The notes beneath the pieces were generated by a model. That model did not search any database. It was not told the DNA's origin and worked only from the letters and a program-made list of their open reading frames with translations. Source: Lama glama (lineage: Eukaryota). Taken from it: a stretch of DNA of 64,000 bases. The translations under genes were made by a program, and so were the position numbers. Location: contig CM052818.1 of the NCBI GenBank assembly GCA_028534125.1, positions 4,714,001 to 4,778,000 on the forward strand, given 5' to 3'. Numbering within the stretch: position 1 is the first letter of the stretch; every line of letters starts with the position of its first letter. Shown piece after piece: positions 11,204 through 23,200 of the stretch.

Positions 11204-11703
11204 NNNNNNNNNNNNNNNNNNNNNNNNNNNNNNNNNNNNNNNNNNNNNNNNNNNNNNNNNNNNNNNNNNNNNNNNNNNNNNNNNNNNNNNNNNNNNNNNN
11301 NNNNNNNNNNNNNNNNNNNNNNNNNNNNNNNNNNNNNNNNNNNNNNNNNNNNNNNNNNNNNNNNNNNNNNNNNNNNNNNNNNNNNNNNNNNNNNNNNNNN
11401 NNNNNNNNNNNNNNNNNNNNNNNNNNNNNNNNNNNNNNNNNNNNNNNNNNNNNNNNNNNNNNNNNNNNNNNNNNNNNNNNNNNNNNNNNNNNNNNNNNNN
11501 NNNNNNNNNNNNNNNNNNNNNNNNNNNNNNNNNNNNNNNNNNNNNNNNNNNNNNNNNNNNNNNNNNNNNNNNNNNNNNNNNNNNNNNNNNNNNNNNNNNN
11601 NNNNNNNNNNNNNNNNNNNNNNNNNNNNNNNNNNNNNNNNNNNNNNNNNNNNNNNNNNNNNNNNNNNNNNNNNNNNNNNNNNNNNNNNNNNNNNNNNNNN
11701 NNN
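11204..11703. other. Assembly gap (500 N)
   Basis: Run of N. Confidence 1.
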
Positions 11704-11839
11704 TCCTTTCTTTCTTTCTTTCCTTTCTTTCTTTCTTTCTCTCTTTCTCTCTCTTTCTTTCTTTCCTTTTCTTTCTTTCTCTCTTTCTCTCTTTCTTTCT
11801 TTCTCTTTCTTTCTTTCTCTCTTTCTCTCTTTCTTTTTT

Positions 11840-11902
<63 letters not shown>

Positions 11903-11995
11903 CTTTCCTTCCTCCCTTCCTCCCTCCCTTCCTTTCTTCTTTCTTCTTTTCCCTTCCTTCCTTCCTTTCTTCCTTCCTTCCTTTCTTTCTTTTTT
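11704..11995. repeat. Long (CTTT)n/(CT)n/(CCTT)n polypyrimidine microsatellite
   Basis: About 290 nt of C/T only, adjoining the gap; source of the spurious F/L/S-rich and K/E/R-rich ORFs. Confidence 0.97.
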
Positions 11996-13309
11996 GTAAA
12001 AGTATAACTGGACTTGTTTTCCAGGAAGAAAGTCTACTCAATCTCAGTCATGTCTCCACCTGCTTTGACGAAGAGCGCAGGAGTTCCAGAAGGGAGAACG
12101 TTACTCTACTGGGTTCAATGCTTGGGTCTCCTGCCTTTACTTTGTTCCCTACAGTAAGTCAGGAAGCATCCAACAAACAGTCCTTTCCTATTATGCACCC
12201 CACTGTCCCTTCCCACATACCTTCTCTGCCCATCTAATGACACTGCCATGACTTGGGTGGAAAGGAGGAAATTCTCCACATAAATATGACAACTAGCATA
12301 TAGAACGTAGCAATAGAAAACATTGTTACTGTGATAACTGTCGAACAAAAAACTCTTCTTTCGGATAATACCAGCCACAATCTCTATTTCATCAGGTTTG
12401 TGTCTTCATACTGTTATTGTCCGAGGCTAAGAATACCAGAGACAAAACAAAGACCAGCCTGAACCACCATTTTCAGAAGTGATTGAACCCACTTAGCATG
12501 GAAGCTCGGGGCAATGGTCAAGCAAATGATGTTCGGATGAAATCAGACTCCTTCCTCGAGATTAGGCACTTGGTCCAGGCTGTAAAACCCAATGTCTGTC
12601 GGAGAGAGGTACAGGCTTTTATTTCATATTATTATTATTTTTTTAGTTTACTTATCTAGGGAGAAAGAAAGCATGTGACTTTAATTTATCTCGCTGTGTA
12701 TCCTTTTGGTAGGGTCCCAGTTTCACTGAATATTTAGAATGCTTTTGCTCTAAAAGCAGAAACTTGTTTGAAGAAAGAGCTAATTTTTCAGCATGTAGAC
12801 AAATATTTGAATAACTGGTGGAAATAATAAATTACCAGCATAAAGTGATTTCATGGCTCTTAAAAGCAAAAAAAAGCACTCTTGGGAATTTCACGGAAAT
12901 GGCTCCATTTTCCTCTCACTCCCAGAGTGGTTATTTGATCTTACTCTGGGGTGGACTGGGGTGCAAGCTGATGTTTAATAAGTGAGCACCTACATATTTC
13001 CTCTGGGGAGGCAAGTGGAAGGACGGGTATGGGGAGGGGGAACAACCAAGCTCAGGAGGCGTTGATCATGTCCCTGGTGCCCTGACTAATTTTTCAGTTC
13101 TTGTCTTTGAACAAAACTTGCTTATAGGAAGTACCCTTGAAAGACTGTGTTGTTCTTTCCAAGGAGTTTAATGAGTGCTCATTATTTCGACCATTTGTGC
13201 TTTCCTGTTTCTCGGATTCCGATGGCATAATCCAATTATGGTTTCTGGGTCTGGCTGGGGAATTCAGATTTTGAGCCACGCCAGTCTCTGGGAGAGACTG
13301 CTGGACCCA

Positions 13310-13522
13310 GGATGGTGTTAAGCGCTGGACCTCTGGGGTCAGGCTGTCTGATCTGATCTTGGTCTAGCCCATACCACCTTTGGGCTCCAAGATCATGATT
13401 TAACCATTCTTTGCTTAAGCTCTCTGGGTCTCCTTGGCTTCACAGGGTAACAGAGGGGATTGAATAAGGTAATGCACACGATGTGCTTGGCGTATAGCAG
13501 CGGCTGAGCATGTGTTCAATGA
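13310..13522 (+). mobile_element. MIR SINE remnant
   Basis: ggtgttaagcgctggacctctggggtcag...cttaagctctctgggtctc...tgaataaggtaatgcacac...gtgcttggcgtatag. Confidence 0.6.
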
Positions 13523-15104
13523 TACCGTCACACTGAAGGGAAAAATTGATAATTTTCTTGTTTCAGGATTCGTAGCATAGTACTCATGGATGGAACCAAT
13601 ACATTTGTAATCCAGGTGTGGCTTTTCCTCTAACCTCACACTCATGCAAACCACTCCTTACACACATTATTGAATTTTCTTTCTCTGATGCATGGAACAT
13701 TTCACCATGATGCCCCTAGAGTAGGTTAAGAAATTTATATTCTCTTTTAAGATATTTTCCTTTTATCTGCCCAGTGATAATCGTGTCCTGTGCTCTACCT
13801 ATGATATCACGTTCAAAATATGTTAGAGCCTGGTCTTTCTGGCTTTAAGCCAACATGGCCAGCCCAGAGTCTCTGAAATCAAAACATGGATTTTACAAAA
13901 TCATACCGAGAGTGGGACACGAGTTATGTTAAATAAAGTAAACAAAAACTGGACATCCTAAACACACACCATCTCTCTGATGATCTTATACTCAGGATGG
14001 AGCCCAAGTTCTCTTGCATTTTTTAGCATCGATCTTTTTTTTTCTGGGCTGGCACTCAAGGCTATCTTCCCAAACCTACCATGTTTTTCACCCAGGGTCT
14101 CTGGACCTCATCCACCATTGGATTTCTTGGGTGCTTCCCAGTGTCTGGAATTAAATATCCACTTTTGTTTGTTTGGGCTTTTTTTTTTTTTTCCTAGAAA
14201 GATTTATCCTTGGATTTCATCAGATTCCCAAAGCGGTCTTTCTTTTCACCTAAGAAAGTTTCAAAATCTTCTTTTTACTTGAATTTTGTCTTTCCTCTTC
14301 CCTTGCTGGCATGCTCACTGTGGTCTGCAGAAACATGCTGGTCTCGACCCCTGGATCTTTTCTCACAATGTTTAACATTTCCTTTCCCTCCTGCCGCATC
14401 AGTGTTTCATACCATGTTTTGTTCTGTTACCATTTCCACAGTTTGTGGCTTATCGTCACATCACTCAAACAATTATGTATCTAATTTATCTCTTCAAACC
14501 AACTCTCTTATTTACATAAATATATTTTTTAAAGGGAACGAGTGGATAGATAATAAAAAGAAATGAGAATGAAAGTCGGAGAAGACTGTGGCCTCTGAGA
14601 AAAAAGAATATTTCCATCATAGTAGAAATATAAGCCAAAGGCTGGGAATATCAGAGCAGGCGAGATAGAAGTGGCTCTGGGCGGGTCATCCCTCTCCGAG
14701 GGGCTGAGAACAAGAGCCATCTGGAAGGCAGTGGGAACCAGGAATGGGTAATGTGACTGCCCTGTGGGAGAGAGGATAGTGTTTACGTGGGAGAGAAGAT
14801 GGGCACAGGGTAAGAGTGGGAAGGAGTGAGAGTCAGGATACAGAGTTTCTGAGAATGATGCTTGGTTTTAGGTGAAAAATGGTGCTAAGGGTGAGGCTGT
14901 AAATGAGAACGGGGTTTTGGAAACTGAGAAAAAGATGGTGCCTGAAGAGGGGGGTGGGGGCTATGTGAACGTTCAGGCTGGAGGGGTTCAGCTTACGGGG
15001 GGCTGCATTTTATAGAAGAGGGTGTGGACAGGGAGTGCAGTGTGCCCCCAAAGGGGGGGCTTCTGGGGTAAGGGGAGAGACCTTGAAATGGGCAGAAGCT
15101 GTGG

Positions 15105-15135
15105 GTGTGTGTGTGTGTGCGCGCGCGCGTGTGTG
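15105..15135. repeat. (GT)n(GC)n(GT)n alternating purine-pyrimidine tract, Z-DNA prone
   Basis: gtgtgtgtgtgtgtgcgcgcgcgcgtgtgtg. Confidence 0.9.
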
Positions 15136-15359
15136 ATGGAGAGGAGGTATAAAGAGTGGTAAAAGGAGATCATTTTAATATGGAAAACTACTACCTTAAT
15201 GGTCTGCTCTCTTAAGGGTGACACGGGAATTTGAAGCGCCAATCACAGCACTGGCTCAGAGAGATAAACACTCCACAAACAGTGCTTGGAAGTGCCGCTG
15301 TGTGAGTGAGATCATGAAGAGGCACTCGGGCTGTCCTGGCAGTCTCCAGTAGGGTAGGG

Positions 15360-15550
15360 CAGTGGTCCTCAAACCGGGGTGCACGGGAATCCCCTGGAGG
15401 TCTTGTTACAACAAAGATTCTGATTCTGCAGGTCTGGCGTGGGACCCAGGAATTTGTATTTCTAACAAGACCTGCCCCCCCCCAGCCCCCCAAACCCCCA
15501 GGGATGCTCACGCTGCATCCGTTGGGGACCACACTTTGAGAATCACTTGG
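15360..15550. mobile_element. MER5A-like hAT fossil
   Basis: cagtggtcctcaaac...gattctgattctgcaggtctgg...ccaggaatttgtatttctaacaag...ggaccacactttgagaatcact; both terminal ends visible. Confidence 0.85.
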
Positions 15551-16590
15551 CTTAGAGAAAACCGTTCCGTGCCTTTTAGAGATTGATCAAAGTGCTCTTA
15601 CGTTTCTTTTGAGCAATAAATCACTGTGATCGAAAATGAAGTAAGCGAACATGTTCTTTTAACTCTGAACTCACAGTCAAATGTAAAATGTTTGAAATGT
15701 CTAATGGCAACTTTTAAAATTGCTCCCGATGCTTATCAGTGTAAGAGTTCAATAAAGAAAAGAATCATGTTTTCAGTCCCCCCGCTGTTGCTTTTTTGCT
15801 TTCATGTGGATCCTTAGCTTCGCTTTCTTCTGACAAGCTATCATTTCAGATTTAGTTAATGGTGGCCGGCTATGGCACAGGGGAAGGGGAAATGAAGGGG
15901 AGAGCCAGGAAGATTTTTCCTTCCCAGCCTTGGAAAGGCTGGGTGGCCAGTGGTGAAGGGGGAGTTTTTGCTGTTTCAGAGCCAGGATGCTCTTCTGCCC
16001 TGGTGGCCCTCGCATGGGGTGTCTTCCCTCTGCAGCCTCCAGCCTCAAAGCCCACCATGGCGGCTGCAGCCTTCCCCTCGGTCTAGGTCTGGGCTCAGAG
16101 TGCAAGGAGGGCACTTTGCGGAAGGGAAGGGCGCACCTCCAGTGCTCGAAAAGAGCGAGTTTGGCTGCATCAGAAACCACTGCGTCTCCTTGAGCTTTTC
16201 TCATGATAGATCCACACAGTGCACATGCCGTGATAGATGTTGGCAGGGTAAATAAAAAGCTTTTAAACATTTGCATCAGTTTCACATTTTTCCTTGTTTA
16301 AGACAGGGCAGAGTTGTCCTTGCTCTTGATAAAGGATTCCAGGAATTGAGGTAATGATTAAGAGAGTTGTTTAATCATGAGAAGGGAAACAGTCCAATCA
16401 GTAACTAATAAAAATAAACAACGGAAGCGATGATGGATATTGACTACTTAGCACTCCTAGTCTTCAGCCATCAGCGAACCGTGCATGTTGGTTACTGTGT
16501 CTGTCCATATTTGATATCTGCCCCTGTAGAAATGTGAGAAAGAGACAGTGAGGGCAAATCAGAGTCAGGGACTCAGTGCTCAGGTCGGTG

Positions 16591-16738
16591 TAAAGTGGCC
16601 AGATCAAATCCAGGATGTTCAGTTACATCTGAACTTCAGATTGATGATGAGTAACGTGCTGCATGGAACACGCCCACTTCTGAAATTCAAATGTAGCTGG
16701 ACGTCTTGGATTTCTGTTGGCTCAACCTGGCAACTCTA
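16591..16738. mobile_element. MER53-like palindromic hAT MITE with shortened centre
   Basis: gtggccagatcaaatccaggatgttcagttacatctgaacttcaga ... tctgaaattcaaatgtagctggacgtcttggattt...ctggcaactcta forms the two inverted arms. Confidence 0.75.
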
Positions 16739-16904
16739 GTCAAGGGAACTTCTCTGTTTCGGGAGCAGGCTCAATTCCTGAGTTACGACTGGTCCTGCTT
16801 CCTGCTATGCAGAGTGTTGAGAGTCTCTTTAAGTAGAAAGATGCAAATTCACAGGTGATATTGATGAATTTATCTTAGACTTAAGAATGTACTTATTCAT
16901 TCAT

Positions 16905-17002
16905 TTATTTTTTTAAAGTCATATGTATATTTCAGTGGAGGTATTGGGGATGGACCTCGTGCATGCTGAGCAGGTACTCTACCACTGAGCTATACCCACC
17001 CC
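16905..17002 (-). mobile_element. Vic-1-like tRNA-derived camelid SINE (B-box partly deleted)
   Basis: Minus strand gggtgggtatagctcagtggtagagtacctgctcagcatgcacgaggtcc|atcccc; lacks the gggttca seen in the other copies. Confidence 0.85.
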
Positions 17003-17714
17003 TTGGTCTTTAGAATTTAAATTCACAACCTTAGAGAAGGAAAAATCAAATCAAATCAAGGCTGATATCGACAGAAAGCCCCAAAGTGACTCTTTCTGCC
17101 CTTTCTAAGGCAGTCAGCTGATATTGTCAGTGGCCATAAACTGTAACAGTGAATAACAGATGGGCCACTTTTGGGTTATCGGGGCTGCATTCAACACCTC
17201 TTTGAACAATAATTATAATCTGTTGGGAGGAAATATCAATGTAAAGGTCAAGTGTTTTCATAAAAAAGGTGATTATTCAGTATTTCCTACCTTGAACCAA
17301 AGCACACACCAGGATTCACTGTATCACTCTTCTGTACAGCACATATACGCAGAAAAATGGATCGCTTAATTATATGATTATCTGTCTTCAGGGAGGATGT
17401 GTGAACATAAACGGGAGCTGTCGAGAGAGGTCCATTGCTTCACATGTGATTCTTAATCCACGTCTATAGACATTACAGGTTACGAGTTGACTTTTAAAAC
17501 AAATATGTAAAATATAAATTACTTTTACCATGCAAAGTGGGCACTTGGGTGTAAAAGACCTCCTTGAGCTGAAAAAAATGGGCATGTTGCATGAGTGGGG
17601 CTCCAAACTCACCTCATTCCTTTCTTCTTCCTCTGATTTTAAATGGTCAGTCGGTCTAGAAGGAGGACAGGAGAAGACCCCACCCCCTAATTAACTGAGG
17701 GGAAAAGGGCGGGA

Positions 17715-17729
17715 AGGTCACGCAGTTCA
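17715..17729 (+). promoter_or_regulatory. Consensus DR3 nuclear-receptor element (VDR/RXR- or PXR-type)
   Basis: AGGTCA-cgc-AGTTCA; AP-1 site TGACTCA nearby at 17783-17789. Confidence 0.45.
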
Positions 17730-18559
17730 CCTTTGTAATTGAATCGCCCATTACAATGATGGCAGGGAAGACCACCTGGCAGTGACTCAGAATTCTGGTA
17801 CAGTCTCGTGGCGATTCCAGGCACCATGAGAGCTAAAAGATTGGAGAAGTTGAACACGTGCAGTCCGACTCTATTAATCTCTTTGTATGTTTTCCTTAGT
17901 CCTCTGGCGTTGATTGTGGAGAGGGGGTTCAGCGTAAGGAGAAAATTAAGAGAGTGATGCGGGTGTAAGCTACAACTAGCAGGGAATCTGGATTCAGCTG
18001 TAGCGGCACAGGGGGAAGATGGTTACGATCTTTCATCCGAAGGCACAACTGCAAGCAGTTCCAAATGCCACCCTTGGCACCCTAGTCCAATGGCCTCCCA
18101 ACCTTTGAGCTAGTTAATGCTTAATTCTATATTTTTTGACAAATAGGTAATTGCAAGAAAAAGAGAAACAAAACACTGAAGAACTTAAAGGTTACATTAT
18201 GTCTCCTGACCAAAGGATTCCAGTTGGATGTTCAGTCCTGAAGGTAAGTTCATGGTACCTGCATCCAAGGGCATGTAATGGCTTTAACATCACGGTCAGA
18301 GTCAGTTCTTAGCACGTAACACCGATTTCCATCTGGTTCTTCTTGATAGAATGAAAATAATGTATGCCTGTGTTCCTATAGGTCAAATTTAATCAATTCC
18401 CCATCTCCGTGAACTTATTTACAAAGGCAACATTTTTGGAGGGGGAAAATTTGCCAAGCATCAGGAAAGTTTCCTCACAGAGCTGAAAATATTTTTTTAC
18501 GATCCAAGGATGAGCACCAGAGACACTAGACTAATTCCTCCTGTGAAGGTTGCCAAGAA

Positions 18560-19410
18560 AACCCTGTTTTGAAAGCCCCATGCCCGTGATTACATCACGC
18601 CAGGTGAGGCATCCACCTTCGAAACAATAGATAGACGTAATTGTTCTTCTCAAACCCTGCTGCCTGGTTTCAAAGGGCTTTTTGTATTTTTTATTTTTTC
18701 GCCTCTCTTGGCTCCGAGTGGCTGCAGCACATGGTAAATCTTTAACTTCAAGTGTCCTTCTGTGGTGACCAACTAAAATATTAGCAAAATAAATGTTTTA
18801 TGGGAAAATGTTGGCAGGAGCCCCAACAGAAACAGGTGGCATTGGGTTATTTCAATATAATGTAATGATGCAGCCAGGTTTCCATCTGGACAGCATGTGG
18901 TTGGGTCTGTTCAAAGCTTATCAAAGAGAGTCAGAATGCGCTGGGGAAAGCCCGCGGTGCGCGAGCGTGCAGCTAGATGGCTACTTTACAGAATAATAGT
19001 CTGGGTTTCGGGTCCTCTGGGTTAAATATTTTTACTGTCAAAATCGGAGTTTCTTCATAAAATATTAAAGGCGAAGCAAACCTCTGACATGCAATACAGA
19101 GCCGTGTAATTATAAGGCAGTTCCTGGAAACCAAAGAGAGCGTCCATTAAAGCGAGGCGTTTATTATAAAAGAGTTCATTACCCTTGGAAGCGAAGGCAT
19201 GGTTTAGAGGGAGCCTCGGAACAGAAAAGCTTTTTAGCAAGGCTTCCTCTGCTGTGAAAACAAGGCTCAGGCTTGTGGGTAAGAGGACAGTTAGAAAATG
19301 CAGAGAGAATGGGATGAGTTGACTGTAAAGGCCTGATCGTGATCCAAAGCTAAAGAGATGTATCCTTAATTTACCACCAGGGAAGAGTCTTTCTCCCTCT
19401 CCCATAAAAC
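18560..19410. promoter_or_regulatory. Repeat-free, homeodomain-site-rich block; putative developmental enhancer
   Basis: TTTTATGG, CATAAAA, TTTATTATAAAA, CCATAAAA and TAATTA/TAAT motifs; retained CpGs; no recognisable repeat. Confidence 0.4.
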
Positions 19411-21913
19411 TCCTGCTTCAGGCACTTCAGAACACATGGAATTAGGAACACTTGGAACATTTGGGTTTGCACTCCGCTCTCCTCACTGTATATTCATGCT
19501 AAGCTTGATAATAAACTCTTGGCTCAGTTCCCCTATGGATCCCAGAGAGAGGCATCAAATTATGGCTATGGGCAGAGGTAGGTTCCCTTCGGAGGCAGAG
19601 GGACCTCACTTCCCAGCTCTCTCAACTCTAGCCAGAGGAAGAAGGCAGGAGTAAGCACAGAGGGAGGGAGCCATTTGGAAGTGGCTTGCGATCTCCTTGA
19701 TGCTGACTAGAGGACTCAGGAAGTCATGGGCACCATCTGCCAAAATGACGGAGCCGCTGGGACCCCAGGGTACTTGGCCGGGAAGACCTGGCTTCTAGAG
19801 AATTCTCTGCAGCCGTTACATGAGAGTGCGGTAGACAGAGACTTTGGAAGCAAAAGCCACGAAGGCTTAGAAAGAAGTGATAATGAATTCAAGCACTTAA
19901 TTATAATGCCTTCATGCCACTGGTACCCAGAGGGAGGGTGCATTCAGGGGGCTCTCGACTGTTGCTCAGTGGGCTGGTCTATATTGTCTGCTGTGTTTTT
20001 CTAGATTAGCAGAGAGAAACAGAGGAAATGGTATGATGAGAGGCCAGGAAGCTCTGGAGTCTGATTCTTTCACTGTTACCCTTGTGGGGCTGGACGGAGG
20101 CTAAGGAGAGAATGGAACCCTAGTGGATAAAGCAAGTTGTACTGCGGGCCCTGGTGACTTGGAAAATGATGTTCTTCATCTGGAGATCTGAAACAACATG
20201 ATAAAGGTGTATCTTAGTTCTTCCTCCCAAAACGCGTTGGGTCCCTATTGTATGCACCATAGAACGTTGGCTCCTGGGGGGTTCTAGCAGGTGGTGCAGA
20301 CACAGTTGTCCTGGTTGAGGAGTTTATGATGTAATGGGGGAGAGGGCACACCCAGGGGGGAACTGGAACTTGAGCCACCCTTGAGCCAATCTGTATTATC
20401 CTTCATTTTGCCCCCAGTCTCGTATGGCATATAGTAGATGCTAAAATAAATGCTGAATTGAACTGGACTAGAAGACAGGTGATGGGGTTTGACAGGTGTC
20501 TGACTCTATAGCTTAGAAATGTCTTTTGACCTCTTTGGTGGGTCTCAAGTCCTCATGTGTAGGGTGAAGAGCCAGATGGTTGAAACTATCTCCCTTCCAG
20601 CTCTCAAATCCTAGGACCTTAACTCAGAGAACATGGAGAAAACAGTACAGACACAGAAGTGCCAAAGGTTGTAAGTAATAACTCCTGCCATGCCCAAGCA
20701 TCTTTATGTTAGGGGATTTCATCCTTGTCGTAAATCTGCGAGGTCAGGGCTTCATCTCCATCTTTCATTCTCTTGCTTTCAAGTTCACACAGCTGGTGAA
20801 TGTTGGACTTGGGAATCTTCAAACTCAACTACATCCAACTCCAAACACTGAGTTCTTCCCACTATATATCAAGCTTTGCCTCCCACCTCCATGCTAAGGA
20901 AATAGCAGAATGATTGTAATGATTTAAGAGAGAGGTGGGGAACTTCACAGTCAAGACCTGATCTATGCCTCAGATTTAACAGCTTGGAGTTTTAGCCAGG
21001 TAGGTTTTTTTTTTTTTCTTCAGTCTTTAGAAGTCATTTGAACTTGGAATACTTTACTGAATTAATTGTGCAACCACTGAAAACTCTGAGCATCTTACCC
21101 TGGAGTTCCCTCCCCCACTGCCCTTTTCTCCTGAATCCTAAACTATCCAGCTTGCCAATTGTAATGACACTACTTCTTCCTCAAGGGAAACTAAATACTA
21201 TGCGGTACAGTGAGTGGTCTGCTCTGGGTTAATTTTACAGGTGGGGGTCACTGATGTTGACCGGTGGTTGTGGATTCCTCTTGTTCTGCTGCTGGCTTCT
21301 TGTGGCTTAGACGGACAGGCAGGAGGAGAAAGAGAGGCCAGGAGCTTCGTGGACAAAGGCAGTGACTCTGATCCCCCTTGAATCGCCAGTGAGCTCTACA
21401 TGGCGTGGTTGCTGTGAAGAAACCTATCTCTTTACTTCAGGTTATTGGGGAAATTGTCCAAACTAGTCTTCAATGTCGTGGTGACAACAAATCAGATGCA
21501 GATGTAGAATTCGGGTGGTCATTCTGAGATCGTGTTGAATATGTTGCTACTGCCTCGTATTTACTGAGCGCTTAATATGTGCTAGGTCTTGTGCTAAGTG
21601 CTTTGCAGTTGAGAAAACTAAAGCTTGAAAAGGTTGGGTAACTCGTCTGAGGTCTTAGGGGTGGAGGGGTAATTCAGATCAGGTCTGTCTGACTCCAAAT
21701 CCCAAGCTGTTAATCATTATGCTAAAATCAAAGCCTCAATATAGTGCTGTACAAATAAAGTAGGGAATGCGTGTCTCTCAGTGGGGTAAGGTGGGGCTCG
21801 TGGATAACCATTTAGAATGGGTCAGAAGGGTTCTCCTCTCATGGTGGCAAAATACATTTCAGATGGATTAAATGTGTAGGCTGAAAACAAAAGCAAAACA
21901 CACAAAAAAAAAA

Positions 21914-22190
21914 CCATGGTTGCCAAAAGGGACAGGGGCAGGGAGGGATAAATTAGGAGTTTGGGATTGACATATACACACCATTGTATATAAAACAGAT
22001 GAACAACAAGGACCTACTGTATAGCACAGGGAACTATAGTCAATATCTTGTAATGATGTCTATAATGAAAAATATATATATAAACTGAGTCACTATGCTG
22101 TACACCTGAAACTAAACACAACATTGTAAATCAACTATGCTTCAATAAAAAATAAAAACAAAACAAAACAAAAACAAACAAAAACCAAAA
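21914..22190 (+). mobile_element. 5'-truncated L1 3' end with A-rich (AAAAC)n tail
   Basis: gggataaattaggagtttgggattgac...gtatagcacagggaactat...atgctgtacacctgaaacta...caataaaaaataaaaacaaaac. Confidence 0.9.
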
Positions 22191-22249
22191 CTACATATAT
22201 TTGGGGAGAAACCCACAAACCAATCAATATAATGGGAGAAAAAGATGGT

Positions 22250-23200
22250 GAACACAATAAATGAAGATATGAGGTGGAGGAAAACTTTATAAAAAGAATT
22301 TTTTAAAAGAGAAAAAGGATAATTTGGCTAGAAAAACTCTCCAACATTTCTATGTATCAAAATTATGAGGACAGTTAAAAGACAAGTAACTGGGAAAAAC
22401 ATATGTATAGTCTTTATGTCAGCTAAAAGGTGCATATTCTTACCCACCTTCTGTGTACAACAGTCTTCCCAACCAGATAAAGGGACAAAGACTCTAAGAG
22501 AAAAATGGATAAAGACCATGAATAAATAATTCACAAAGAAGACATACAAATGGGCAGTGAACAAATGAGTAGTGAGGGTTTAACCTCACTAGTGATTAAA
22601 AAATTAAATTTTGTTCATTTGTTCATTGTCCATTTGTATTTCTTCTTTGTGAATTGGGCTGTGATTGGTACAATGTAGCTAGAGGGCACTTTGCCAACAC
22701 TATCAGTGTTGTAAATTTGTCCACACCCTTTGTCCCAATCACTCTACATTTAGCGGTTTGTTCCGGAAGAACCATACTGCCTGTGAACAATGACTTACTT
22801 CTAAATGACAGGCATTGAAGCAGTGTTCCTCACAGTAAAACATTAGAAATAATCTGAATATTCAATAGGAGAAGACTGGTTAAGGTCAATTTTTTTACTT
22901 TCATCTGAATAGTAAGAGATTGGATAGAATATTATCCAGTCACTCAAAATAATTTTGTAGAAGATATTTAATGCCACAGAAAAATCTTCAGGAGATATTC
23001 CTTAGTGAAAAATGAACTACAGAGTGGTATACATTTTTTCCCTAAAAATTATACATATTTATACCTTTTCTACAATGACTAGAAAAAGACACTAAAATGT
23101 TGACAGGGTCTAGCTCTCTGATCAAGGATATACATTGAAGGATATATAGATATATCACCTTTGGTATGTTTCCTTGTAATTTTCAACTATTTTATATGTA
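22250..23200 (+). mobile_element. Old L1ME-like ORF2/3' fragment
   Basis: Diverged L1 ORF2 text (gttaaaagacaag, gaaaaatggataaagaccatgaa, ttcacaaagaagacatacaaatgg, aacctcactagt). Confidence 0.6.
22528..22655. repeat. 41-bp inverted repeat (38/41) with nested 8-bp hairpin in the spacer
   Basis: aattcacaaagaagacatacaaatgggcagtgaacaaatga (22528-22568) versus tcatttgttcattgtccatttgtatttcttctttgtgaatt (22615-22655); spacer contains tagtgagg-gtttaa-cctcacta. Confidence 0.92.

Noticed and set aside
11090..12237. 300-374 aa ORFs
   Set aside because: Artefacts of the 500-N gap plus the CT microsatellite.
18147..18249. Strong donor AAG|GTAAGT at ~18243 as the end of a coding exon
   Set aside because: All three frames from the nearest plausible acceptor contain stop codons; at most a non-coding exon, with no other support.
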